Shown here: one piece after another, positions 37,901 through 47,972 of the stretch
How the letters are laid out: the number at the start of each line of letters is the position of its first letter
How positions within the stretch are numbered: the stretch's first letter is position 1
Source: Pavona decussata
Taxonomy: Eukaryota
DNA: 64,000 nt
Assembly: GCA_977016875.1 (NCBI GenBank)
Contig: CDRNST010000126.1
Coordinates: forward strand, 310,001 to 374,000
Direction: 5' to 3'
Translations under genes and position numbers: made by a program
Notes under the pieces: model-generated
What the model saw: only the letters and a program-made list of their open reading frames with translations
The model's database searches: none
Told to the model about the DNA's origin: nothing

Positions 37901-40466
37901 AGGACCGCCGGACTTGTAATCGGTCCTGTCCTGTCCTGTCCCGTATTCATACCCCTGGCTGCCTGCGAGCAGAAATATTTTTGGGACCGATCACTTTTCG
38001 TCCGAGTTTGGTTTTCGTTCACGAATGTGATCGGTGTGACCTGATGACACGGGAACAGAAGCCCATCTATTAGGCAAAAAACTGAGTGAATAGAGCTCTA
38101 ACTGGGCAAGGAACATCATTTTGTTGCTTAGCACCGATCTGTAGTATTAAGGGTTAAGCACTGATTCGTTTTTGTTTTTTATTTTTTATTTATTTTTTAA
38201 TATTTATTTATTTATTTATTTATTTATTTATTTTTTTTTTTTTGGGGGGGGGGGTCCTCTAAAGTTTGTAATTTAAGTGAATGTTCAAGTTCATTTTGGG
38301 AGATAGAAAGGAGTGTTAGTCAAAAGATAGTCCCAAAAACATCTTTCTCAGTGTTTGCTGCGATTGCATGCAGCCAGCTACCATTTGAGAGTTTAAAAGA
38401 TGTTTATGTTCCATGCGTGTTGCTTTCTTATTTTAATATATGAAACATGTTGTATTTGAAGTAATAGATCAAACACGAGGAAGAGTGTTTCCTCCGATTT
38501 CCAAACACCGAGAAGTAGGTTGGAAAAACGAGGCGCAGCCGAGTTTTTTTTAACCAACCTCGAGGTGTTTGGAAATAGGAGAAAACACTCTTTCGAGTGT
38601 TTGATATGGCTTCTCAAACTACTGATAATTCTTGGAGAAATTCGAAGCAAAAGCTCACATTTTTAAACCTCCTCCTCGGTAGTGATTTCCTTTGTTTCGG
38701 CTTTATGAATTATTAATGAGTTTGAGAACTGTAGATGAAAGATTTAAAAGGGAGATCATCACCATTTGAGCAGTTGAGAAAATAAAGCCTGAAAAAAAAT
38801 TCAGTTGTGAAAGGGATTCGAACTCATGACCTATGCGATACCAGTACACTACCCTACCAACTGGGCTTTCAAGCCAACTGAGAAATGGTCTATTTTGTGA
38901 ATCCGTGAAGAATGATTAAAATGGAGTGAATGTATCAAATATCATTTATTTGATCGAACTACCGATGAGAGAATTCATTCATTCGTTCCGGTTCGTTTCA
39001 TACGTAAAATTACAATGAATTTTTTTTTATAGGTACAACTAAATCACTAGCGGTAATCATAGATGAAGGATCGCGTGCTGTGTCATGAAGATAATGAAAC
39101 TGGTTGGAATCTTCCAGCAAACAAATCACCAATTTTCTTGTGTGAACATGCTAATAGACCAAAACAACAACCGCTCTGTTTCCGGGAAAGTTACAACAAT
39201 TTTTAAAAGCTAATCGAGTAATCGTTTTTTTCGTAATAAGTCTTTTCATCCCACTCTTTATTCGTCCATGATCCAGTGAAAAAATATTTTGGAAGCCGAT
39301 GTATTGTACAATTATGTATGGAACTAAAAGCTTGCCAGTTTACTTCGTATTTTTCCTGCATGATTGCAACGGGATTCGCAGAAAGATGGGAAAATTTCGC
39401 CCGTAGTCGAAAACCATTAACATTGCAGGGTTCACTTCATTCCAACCTCTCGGGCAATGAAGGAAAATATTATTGAATGTGTGTTACCTTGTCCCGGTTT
39501 TGTCCTTGTTCCCTGTAGTACTGAAAGTTCGCAGTGTTGTTACTGTACTGCAGTTTGTACGTGGTTATCCACTGCAATTCATTGCCATGTCTTCCTTGCG
39601 TTGCTACTCGTGTCACCGTGGCTGTGTTATTCATCAGATCAATCTGGAGCCACGGGCTACTCTCTGCAGCGTGAGCTGACCAGGCGCCTCTTTTTATTCC
39701 ACTTCCTTGGAAGTTTAATCTTCCTTGGTGGGCTGCGTGATTTTTATCCACTTCAGAAGAGGCTCTTATCTGTGCGTCAGAAATTGCACCGCTCTCCATA
39801 CCGAGAGCCTCCCCACACGCTGCAAAATCGATGGACATATACTCATTTAGCCTCGTCCCCATTCGTCCTTGGCGCTCGGCTGAACGTTACTGTTGAAACG
39901 CCCAGGGCGGCCTCGGGCTATCGCACCCGGTCCCAAGCCTCCGACGGGCAACTTGGCTCGCTCGATAAGCGCGATTTGGGCATGGAAAGAGGCTGAAACC
40001 GAGTTTTTAAAATCAATCCACTATCTTCTCTGTGGCTGCTGAATGTTTACCCCTCCCTGTACTCGTAGCAAAGTGGAATAGGTTTAGGTATAATGAATTC
40101 GTCACAAAGTAAATACAAATTGCAAAAGAAAAAGACAATTAAAAATTACAGTGAAACAAGAAAGTGGCCGGAAGAGGGAATAGAACTTCCATTCCACTTG
40201 ACACCTAACTCCCATAGAATAAAAATTAGAAGTTCAGTAATGCATGCATTTATTTATACGATAAGTAAGTTAATTAAGAATACAAGTGATGATTAAGAAA
40301 TTGCTAAGAGAGAAAAAACTGGAACGTTTTATAGATAGATGAGGTTTGTAATGAATTTAGTTTCGGTTTAGTTACCTTGTTCTGCAATTGCGTTGCAATG
40401 AGTCCAGCCTCCCAAGATAAGAAAGGTGAATAAGAGAGGCCACACTAATGAAGTAAATCCCATCAT
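31960..40466 (-). CDS. Secreted mosaic protein: signal peptide, F5/8 type C (discoidin), PAN/apple-like, EGF, fibrinogen-N-like and USOMP5-like skeletal organic matrix domain (~556 aa)
   Basis: Phase-consistent exons 40466-40376, 39819-39488, 37470-37323, 36959-36655, 35878-35764, 34097-34061, 33649-33517, 32469-31960. Motifs [31 protein letters not shown]; [14 protein letters not shown]; [24 protein letters not shown]; [39 protein letters not shown]. An N gap sits in the intron before the EGF exon. Confidence 0.85.
32514..33117 (-). mobile_element. Non-autonomous Kolobok-type DNA transposon with THAP-domain remnant
   Basis: TTAA duplications at 32510-32513 and 33118-33121, ~115-bp imperfect TIRs starting AGTGCC, internal [29 protein letters not shown] (32858-). 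Confidence 0.8.
33122..33456. repeat. tRNA-derived fold-back repeat
   Basis: Both arm orientations present; gtctcctgtagctcagtggtagagcatgcgaactagtaatcgaaagttcttaggttcgactcc. Confidence 0.7.
34248..34490. mobile_element. MITE
   Basis: agagattaagcaccacgtttacggcaaac ... gtttgccgcaaacgtggtgcataatctct. Confidence 0.75.
36035..36163. other. Assembly gap (N run)
   Basis: 129 N. Confidence 1.
36440..36570 (+). mobile_element. Truncated hairpin element (same family as 5972-6336) with intact GA/GNA apex
   Basis: ttaacaaatcgac...ca-C-GA-GCC-GCA-GGC-GA-G-tg (36533-36547). Confidence 0.55.
37523..37901. mobile_element. TTAA-flanked MITE (Kolobok-type termini)
   Basis: ttaa-aggggc ... gcccct-ttaa. Confidence 0.6.
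38461..38728 (+). mobile_element. Non-autonomous hairpin-ended element with Crypton-like end architecture
   Basis: Hairpin 38468-38605; TTCTCAAACT (38611-38620) is the exact reverse complement of the far end AGTTTGAGAA (38719-38728). Confidence 0.65.
38758..38915 (-). repeat. Second tRNA-derived dispersed repeat
   Basis: Minus strand agcccagttggtagggtagtgtactggtatcgcataggtcatgagttcgaatccc (A/B-box-like, degenerate). Confidence 0.55.
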
Positions 40467-42076
40467 TCTCAGCCGATTGCTTCACAGGGCCGTTTCGTTA
40501 CTTACTCACTTGGAATGACTTTGCATGAACCGTATCTTAGTTTGCCACAGTGCTTCTGCAGAGAAAGAAAGAATCGTGATTGCTGTGGTCAACAGCGTTG
40601 ACGAAGAAGACAACGAAGTTACCATTATTCCTGCAACGTTTTAAATTACCTCTCTTCGCCATTGCGTTTTGTTTTGTTTGATTTGTTTTGCTCCCGGTTT
40701 TATTTTGGAATCTCCTCTGCTAGCGGTATACCCCTCAGCATACGATACATTAAATAATTCAAAAGATGAGTGAGCGTGTTAAGTGAAGATTCGACCCAAG
40801 GGCTGATGCAATCCTTTTTATATTCATTATTATTTTGAAGCCAAACGGCCTTATCAAAACCTGTCAGTCATACAGCCTATTCGAGAATTTCTGCATGGAA
40901 TTATTACATCGCAGCCTGAACAGTTTTGCCTGCAATTAGCAGAATCGCATTACTGTACTATTGTGAAACGACCACATTTGGAGGCCAAAACGAAGCCCTT
41001 CAGATACTTACATGAAGCGCTGTTAGAAAACCAAGGGATTGAGCCGATATCTCGATAGGGAAGAGTGCCAGTTTGGTTCACCAGTGCCTTGTCAAACAGT
41101 GTAAACAATGTAGAGCAACATATATACGCTTTTTTTTATTAAGATTCTTCTCTTGCTATCAAATAAAGTTGACAAAATTGACATAATAAAATTGTGTTTG
41201 ACAGTAGCAGTAAAGGAACATCCTTTATTTTTCATTTCTTTCTGGACAAAATTTCAATCGGTTACGGATTGGTCAGATTTAATTGCTGTGTGCCTAAAGG
41301 CGGCGTTCGAGACATTTTTGGCGACCAACATCCATATCAAATTAAAATGAGATAAAATAAAAGCATCAGCGCTGTTATTTGAATGAATCTTCATTAGCTT
41401 TTCGCCGCACAAACCTGAGTCACTCACTAAAATTAATTAAATAAAACAGAGATTCCCAACGGAGTCATTTATGGAAATATTCGTGTAGTCAGTGACAATT
41501 TAAATATTGCAATGGCAAAACATTTCCTAGAACGCAGAATCGTGTTTAACATTGACATGTTTGATTTGCTAATGCTTTTCCAAAAATATAGATTTTAGAT
41601 TTGTTTTGCCGACATATTTCGGAATACAAGTGGCGAAGGAACCTAGAAGAAACGTCACAACTAAATTGTGTCCGAGCTTTTCTTTACCCTTGTATCCCAA
41701 ACGACGCTAAAGTTTATCTATTAGTAGGTTATAATTTGCCCACGTTTAGACAGTTTGAGGTGACATTTCGCTGGGGAAACTTTATTTCTTCAACATAAGT
41801 AAAATCTGAAGATTGAGGTAATTAGGCCGAACGTAGAACACATATTGTAATGCTAAAATAAGCAGTTAGGTTTGTCCCTGCTGTTAACCGTGCGGCGAAA
41901 ACACAATGACACTCCGCGAGAGCTCGAAGTTTCGTGATTTCACAGTACTGACAGCAGTTACACCTGTCAACGGATCAATTCATAAGGTAAAATAGGACAC
42001 CGCTTATCTTTTATGCCGTTGTGATCTTGAAATATCATCACCAATAATTTGAGCTAGAAAAAAAACGCGGTGCTCT

Positions 42077-44179
42077 ATATATGTTATTGAACTAGCGTGA
42101 GGTCCGTATTGGGAAAATATTGGTCGAGTTCCTTTTTTTGCAAGTTTATGGACCGAGCCGAAGGCGAGGTCCATAAACTTGCAAAAAAAGGACGAGACCA
42201 ATATTTTCCCAATACGGACTGAACAAGCTAGTTCAATAAGGTTTTTATTATATAGGCTTTCCCGCTTGTTGCTTTCTAGTCCGCGTGAAACTTGTTTATG
42301 ATCAAGTTGTGCGAGAAAAAGTGCAAGAAAGCCTTCTCAATGCTGACGCGTACTCACAAACAAAAACCACGTGGAATAATTCTGATTGGCTCGCGCACGA
42401 AAAGGCGACTTTTTATTGGTCAAGGTTTGACACGAAAGTTTGACATGTCTCGTCAATCGAAGTGAAAAAGTTCGAAAAATGAAAATTTAGCTCATTTGAG
42501 ATTCCGAAGAAAATGCATTTCTTAAACGTGTTGAATGTTTAAAAGTGTCAACTTTTGAGAAAGACTTACTATGGAATGAATGAAAATAGATGAAATTGAA
42601 GCTTTTGTAGTCAAAATTGCATTTCAATCGTCTTCATCGTCACTTAAAATGGCTCGGCGCTTGCGAAGCGGTGGCTGATCATGATTCGTAATCTGGATGT
42701 TAAACGAGCAGTTTTGGAAATTTGCTCCTTGAAAAATAGCCGATCCGGCTTCTTTTGTGGTCGTCATACTGGTACTTTCCACTGTAGTTGTTGCCTGTGT
42801 ATTGCCAACTGCTTGGAGCTCGCTTGTGGTTGTTGATGAGCGACTGAGGGCTAACGACATTCTTCGTTGATGCTGAATGGAAGCCGATTTGTAGGAATCC
42901 AAGCTTTTCAGATTTCGATGTCCACTCAGTTGGGCCACGTAATTTTCAGGAACATCTGAATCCAGCAATCGTGAAATGCAGGTCTTTCGAACCGAGTGAT
43001 TGGTAACGCGTCCTTGCAAACCAGCATTTTGGGCAGCTTTGGTGAGTAGCTTCCCGATTTCATTCTTGCCAAGCGAACTTTTCTTGTACCACACTGCATC
43101 AGTAGCCTTTCTTTGATGTTTTACGGCCAAGTAGAATGGTGCCTCTGGTTGATTCATCTCGATGGGCCTGTGACTTCTCAACAGCTTATAGTACTTGACT
43201 GGACATCGCTCGTTATCAGTAGCTTGAGCAGTAGGATAAAATGCTCGGTGACCGCTTGCTTTGTCCTGCCCCTGGCGCGTCTTCGAGCCTCTCTCAGCTT
43301 TCCAGACCAGCATTTCATTGCCTGTGTCCGGGTCAGTTTCAAGGCTGACGTCGCCCCACTGAAGCCTTCTACTTTCATCTCTTGCTCTAAAGCCAAAATG
43401 TAAAGCCAGGAGCCACCAAACTGTGCGCTGTAGAGCAACCGGGTTGTGCTCGCCAAATTCTCCTTCGGCAAAGAGCTTGTCTTCTTCAACAGCGGTGACT
43501 TCTCGGCTTGCTTGTGGACGATTGCCTTTCCCTCTCTCCACGACAAGCTGTTCTCTTTTTGCACTTAGGACTTCTCGGGATAGCTTGAATTCGTCACCTT
43601 GAATGAGATTGGCTTGTGACCCGTGGGTATTAAGATAACGCTGGATGCTTCGTTGCAGGCAAGTCAGAGTTCCAGGTTCGTATTCGTCGCCATTTTTCTT
43701 TCTTACATCTTTAAAAAACGCGCAGAGCAGCAGATTAAGTTCCACCGAGGGTATTGTCTCAATATTCCTGAACTCGTTCCGTTGGTGGCAAAATTTTCCC
43801 CATATTTTAAGGTCAGATTTCGTTTTCTCTGTAGTGCTTCTGGCCTGCTGTTGCTCAATGAAGTCGCGGTACTCTGAGGCCTTGTCAACGGAATCTTCTT
43901 TGGTTTTTTCGTCGAGTTTGTTATTTTCAGAGCTTGTTTTCGTTCCTTCGTCAGTGCTCTTGGAGTTAAACTCCGACATCACGATTTAAAACGACAGTTC
44001 CTACTATATTAAGTTAATTGGAAACAGTTTTTACTTTGCGTTGTTAAAACTGAAACAGTAACCACGAAACACTTGACGCTAGCGGTCCATCTTAGCGGTC
44101 CGTATAGGAAAATTCGGACCGCTCAGGGAGCCAATTAAAATGCTCCTTTTCATCGCGGACCAGTTCAGCTATATAATAA
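42077..44179 (-). mobile_element. Crypton (tyrosine-recombinase DNA transposon), apparently full length, ~2.1 kb
   Basis: Absent from the paralogous site (cgcggtgtcgt|tgtaagtc at 46976/46977); no TSD, no TIR; single YR ORF; subterminal 156-nt palindrome 42084-42239. Confidence 0.88.
42624..43982 (-). CDS. Crypton tyrosine recombinase (DUF3504 / phage-integrase fold; ZMYM/QRICH1/KCTD1-related)
   Basis: Uninterrupted 452-aa ORF; FFKDVRKKNGDEYEP, catalytic set GFRARDE (R), GSKTRQG (K), TNHSVRKT (HxxR), SGHRN (H), LDSYK (Y); RCPVKYY, PFYLAV, WYKKSSLGKN; C-terminal NLS-like PPLRKRR. Confidence 0.92.
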   Translation of the reverse strand: MMSEFNSKSTDEGTKTSSENNKLDEKTKEDSVDKASEYRDFIEQQQARSTTEKTKSDLKIWGKFCHQRNEFRNIETIPSVELNLLLCAFFKDVRKKNGDEYEPGTLTCLQRSIQRYLNTHGSQANLIQGDEFKLSREVLSAKREQLVVERGKGNRPQASREVTAVEEDKLFAEGEFGEHNPVALQRTVWWLLALHFGFRARDESRRLQWGDVSLETDPDTGNEMLVWKAERGSKTRQGQDKASGHRAFYPTAQATDNERCPVKYYKLLRSHRPIEMNQPEAPFYLAVKHQRKATDAVWYKKSSLGKNEIGKLLTKAAQNAGLQGRVTNHSVRKTCISRLLDSDVPENYVAQLSGHRNLKSLDSYKSASIQHQRRMSLALSRSSTTTSELQAVGNTQATTTVESTSMTTTKEAGSAIFQGANFQNCSFNIQITNHDQPPLRKRRAILSDDEDD

Positions 44180-45193
44180 TGTAAGACTATTGCATCCGAA
44201 TGAATCAAGCGTTTACCAAAAGCAAAAACCTAAACGCTTAAAAAGGGTGGAAAAAAGGAGGACATAACGACTCTGGAAAGAGAAATAATTTCTTTGAGAG
44301 CTTTTGGCTGTATTGCCAACGAAGAATTTTCTTTGCAAGAGGAAATCCATTCCTAAGGGACTAAACTTCCTTGACATTAAGCCTGAATACGAACACGTTA
44401 AAACGTGTAAGCTCACTGAAAAGGGATCAGAAGGGTATTTCTATAACAACAAAAAGAAAAAAGATAACTTTCACCTTAGGCCTTGTTGTTCACCAATGTG
44501 TTGAAAGTTCACCAACCTTGATCTGTAGCTGAGTTGCATGCGGTGAAGCAGAAACGTGAGGTAAACAAGCAGGATAAATAGAAAAGCTATAAAAGTATTG
44601 TTGTGATTTTAAAGCTTCGAAGTTCCGTTTCTTCTTTTCGCTTTCGAGGTTCTACAGTTAAGTTTATCGAAGTTTCACAGAGTAGCAGAGATAGGCAAAG
44701 AAAGATGACAATCATTCGCTCTCCGAGCACACCTCAACAATACTTAACAAAACAAAACGGGTTATTGAAATAGCTGTCTCTGATCCGTAGTATTCTTTCT
44801 GATTAATTATGAATTTCACCAATGCAAGCACTGGAAATAATTAGCGTCAAAAAGCACCAAGCAAACGTCACGTTTGTAGAAACGGATTACAATTGTTTCG
44901 TTTTTGTTTGTTTGTCTTCACTACCTTATTTCGTCTTTTTACATTTTATCCTGTATGTATTCGAGTACATTTTTATGTGCATTAGTAACAACTCAGCGAT
45001 TTTTTCCTACAAACGCAACGCAACGTCGTTGCCCATGCGCAGCATGCGAGACAACTGGCAGGTGAGATTGTAATTGTAGCAGCTCCACTTCGTAACCGTG
45101 TTTGTCATGGCAAAATTGCGTTGTAAGTTGCGTTGCGCAATGATCATAACCACAAACTGATAGTGATAAATAAGAAATAATGAACGAGAAAGT

Positions 45194-45194
<1 letters not shown>

Positions 45195-45233
<39 letters not shown>

Positions 45234-45598
45234 GGCGCATCTCGTGATACTCGGGCTTCCTATGGGTGGTGGCTACTAATACAAGGATATTTTTGCGCGG
45301 TTTAAAACTTTTCGGGGAAAGCAGAATTTAGCAAGTGCTTTTGGTATCCGAAAAGAAAATTAGGGGTAACCATGCATTTTTCAGAGATAATAAAGCTTCA
45401 ATTTGAAAAACAAAACGCCATACATTGCTTTGTATTTTACTGCTTTTCAGAATAATTGTTGCTTAATTATCTCTAAAAAATTGTGTGGTTACCCCCAATT
45501 TTCTTTTTGGATTTTCATAGCCCTTCCTAAGATCTGCTTTTCCCGCAAAGTCATAAACCGCGCGAAAATACTTCGGTATTAGAAGGCACCGTCCTTAA
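45195..45598. mobile_element. TTAA-flanked MITE (Kolobok-type termini)
   Basis: ttaa-ggacggtgcctacta ... tagaaggcaccgtcc-ttaa, long internal inverted symmetry. Confidence 0.8.
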
Positions 45599-45599
45599 G

Positions 45600-46058
45600 A
45601 TATGTTTATAATGATTTCTCATCTGAATATGACCGTCTGACCAATAAGATGACATTGGCATTTAGGCGTTGTCAGGATATGCTAATTATTGTTCCAAAGG
45701 CTCTGACTAACAGATGGCCTGCTTATATTAAGTCTTTGTTTAAGCTAAGGGATAACGTAAAGAATCTCAGAGGAGTAAATAAATTAGTTTTGCCTAAGGT
45801 TAAAACCACATGGCATGGATTGAAATCCACAGTATATAGGCTTCTTCCAAAGCTTGGAACTCTCTCTCGGACGAGCTTAGGTCAATGGCTTATATAAAAT
45901 TATTTAGACAAGAAGTGCAAAAAATTTCATCTTTCGGATAACTCTTTTACTTAATTACATATGTACACATATTATTTGTTTCTTTCTCGGCATATTAGCA
46001 TGTATTTTGCTAGAGGCCTAAACAGCCTCAATCAGATCCGAGGGTAAATAAAGTTTCA
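45600..46058 (+). mobile_element. LINE 3' fragment
   Basis: PAYIKSLFKLR...NLRGVNKLVLPKVKTTWHGLKS; ends gagggtaaataaagtttcag. Confidence 0.75.
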
Positions 46059-46804
46059 GTTTTTTTCATGTCTTATATCGTCACATACCTACGTTATGGT
46101 GTTATTGTGGTGTTTGGGGATAACGTTTTAAAAATTAGTGTCAGTTTGGGGCAGTTGGAAACTCTGTCGCAACTCTGGCTACAAAATTATGATCATAACC
46201 ACAAACACTGCGTCTGTTTATAGAGAGAACCCGTATCTTCTTTTAGGTAAAGTGACGTCTTACCACGTCGCATGATAGCATTATGTTGATATTTTAAGGT
46301 CTTGTGACTGTTATGTACTGTTTTCAACAAAATTTAGGTTATGTTTGTATAGATGACTCAGCACAAACTTGTTCAAGGTAAATACCGGTGTATGTATGCA
46401 GAAGATGCAGAAGGGTACGTGCTAAATAGCCTCCTCCACAGGCGACTCCATTTTAAGACCAACTGGGGTTGCCTGTCGAACAGGCCACGTACTAAAATGA
46501 AAGGTAAATTGTGCTAACAATAGCCAATAGTACCGAATAACATCTAATAAATATCAGTTGAGTTATATTATTATCAGACGTGTCATAATTAAACCTGAAT
46601 TTAACAAGGGCAATCCTTTGCACCCTAAAGCGATCATGAATAATGAATAGCCAACAAGAACTTAAAAAGAATAATGAATAATTGGAAGAAACGCCCAAAG
46701 AATAATAAATAACAGAAGTCAAATTATTCAGCTTCCACCCCCGAGAAATAAGCAGTTTGGTTTCAGTTCCTGCTGTAAAACGTGAATGCTGCGAACAAAA
46801 AAAA

Positions 46805-47972
46805 AATGACAGTCGGCAAGAGCTCGAGGTTTCGTGATTTCACAGTAATGACTAGAAAGTTACACATGTCAAAGATCAATTCAAGTAAAAAAGGACACCG
46901 CTTATCTTTTATGCTGTTGTGATCTTGAAATATCATCACCAATAATTTGAGTTAGAAAAAAAAAACGCGGTGTCGTTGTAAGTCTACTGCATCCGAATGA
47001 ATCAAGCGTTTACCAGAACCAAAAACCTAAATGCTTAAAAAGGGTGGAAAAACGGAGGACATAACGACTCTGGACTGAGAAATAATTGCTTTGAGAGCTT
47101 TTGGCTGTATTGCCAACGAAGACTTTTCTTAGCAAGAGGAAATCCATTCCTAAGGGACTGAGTGAACTTCCTTGACATTAAGCCTGAATACGAACACGTT
47201 AAAAGGTGTAAGCTCACTGGAAAGCGATCAGAAGGGTATCGCTGTAACAACAACAAAAAAAAGGATAACAACTTTTATCTTAGGCCTTTGAGCAGAAACG
47301 ACTTTAACCTACGCGTAGAAAAAAGTTCACCAACCTTGATCTGTAGCTGAGTTGCATGCAGTGAAGCAGAAACGTGAGGTAGACAAGCTGGATAAAATAG
47401 CAAAAATATAAAATTGTTGCGATTTAAAAGCTCCGAAGTTCTGTTTCTTCTTTTCTTTATCCAGGTTCTACAGTTAAGTCTATCGAAGTTTCACCGAGTA
47501 ACAGAGATAAGCAAAAAAAGATGACAATTATTCGCTCTCCGAAAACCGGCTCTATGCAGTTGTTGCACACCTCAACAATACTTAACAAAAACAAAACGGG
47601 TTATTGAAATAGCTGTTTCTGATCCGCAGTATTCTTTCTGACTAATTATGAATTTTACCAATGCAAGCACTGGAAATAATTAGTGTCAAAAAGCACCAAG
47701 CAAACGTCACGTTTGTAGAAACGGATTACAATTGTTTCGTTTTTGTTTGTTTGTCTTCACTACCTTACTTCGTCTTTTTACTTTTATCCTGTATGTATTT
47801 GAGTATATTTTTATGTTCATTAGTAATAACTCAGCTTTTTTTTTTCAATAAACGCAACGCAACGTCGCTTCGCATGCGCAGCATGCGAGACAACTGGCAG
47901 GTGAAATTGTAATTGTAGCAGCTCCACTTCGTAACTGCATGTGTTTGTCATAGCAAAATTGCTTTGTAAGTT
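46805..47972. repeat. Local segmental duplication, copy 2 (empty Crypton site)
   Basis: Colinear with copy 1 once the Crypton is removed. Confidence 0.9.

Larger units (their letters stand above)
41905..45130. repeat. Local segmental duplication, copy 1 (interrupted by the Crypton)
   Basis: 41905-42076 plus 44180-45130 align along their length with 46805-47972. Confidence 0.9.

Noticed and set aside
42624-43982. Domesticated host gene (ZMYM/QRICH1/KCTD1) or bacterial integrase contamination
   Set aside because: Intronless, full catalytic set, discrete element ends and an empty paralogous site indicate a mobile Crypton within continuous host sequence.
44822-45073. Duplicated ORFs MQALEIISVKK (also 47661-47912) and 44304-44504/47162-47350 as genes
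   Set aside because: The copies differ by frameshifting indels, with no motifs or splice support; by-products of the duplication.
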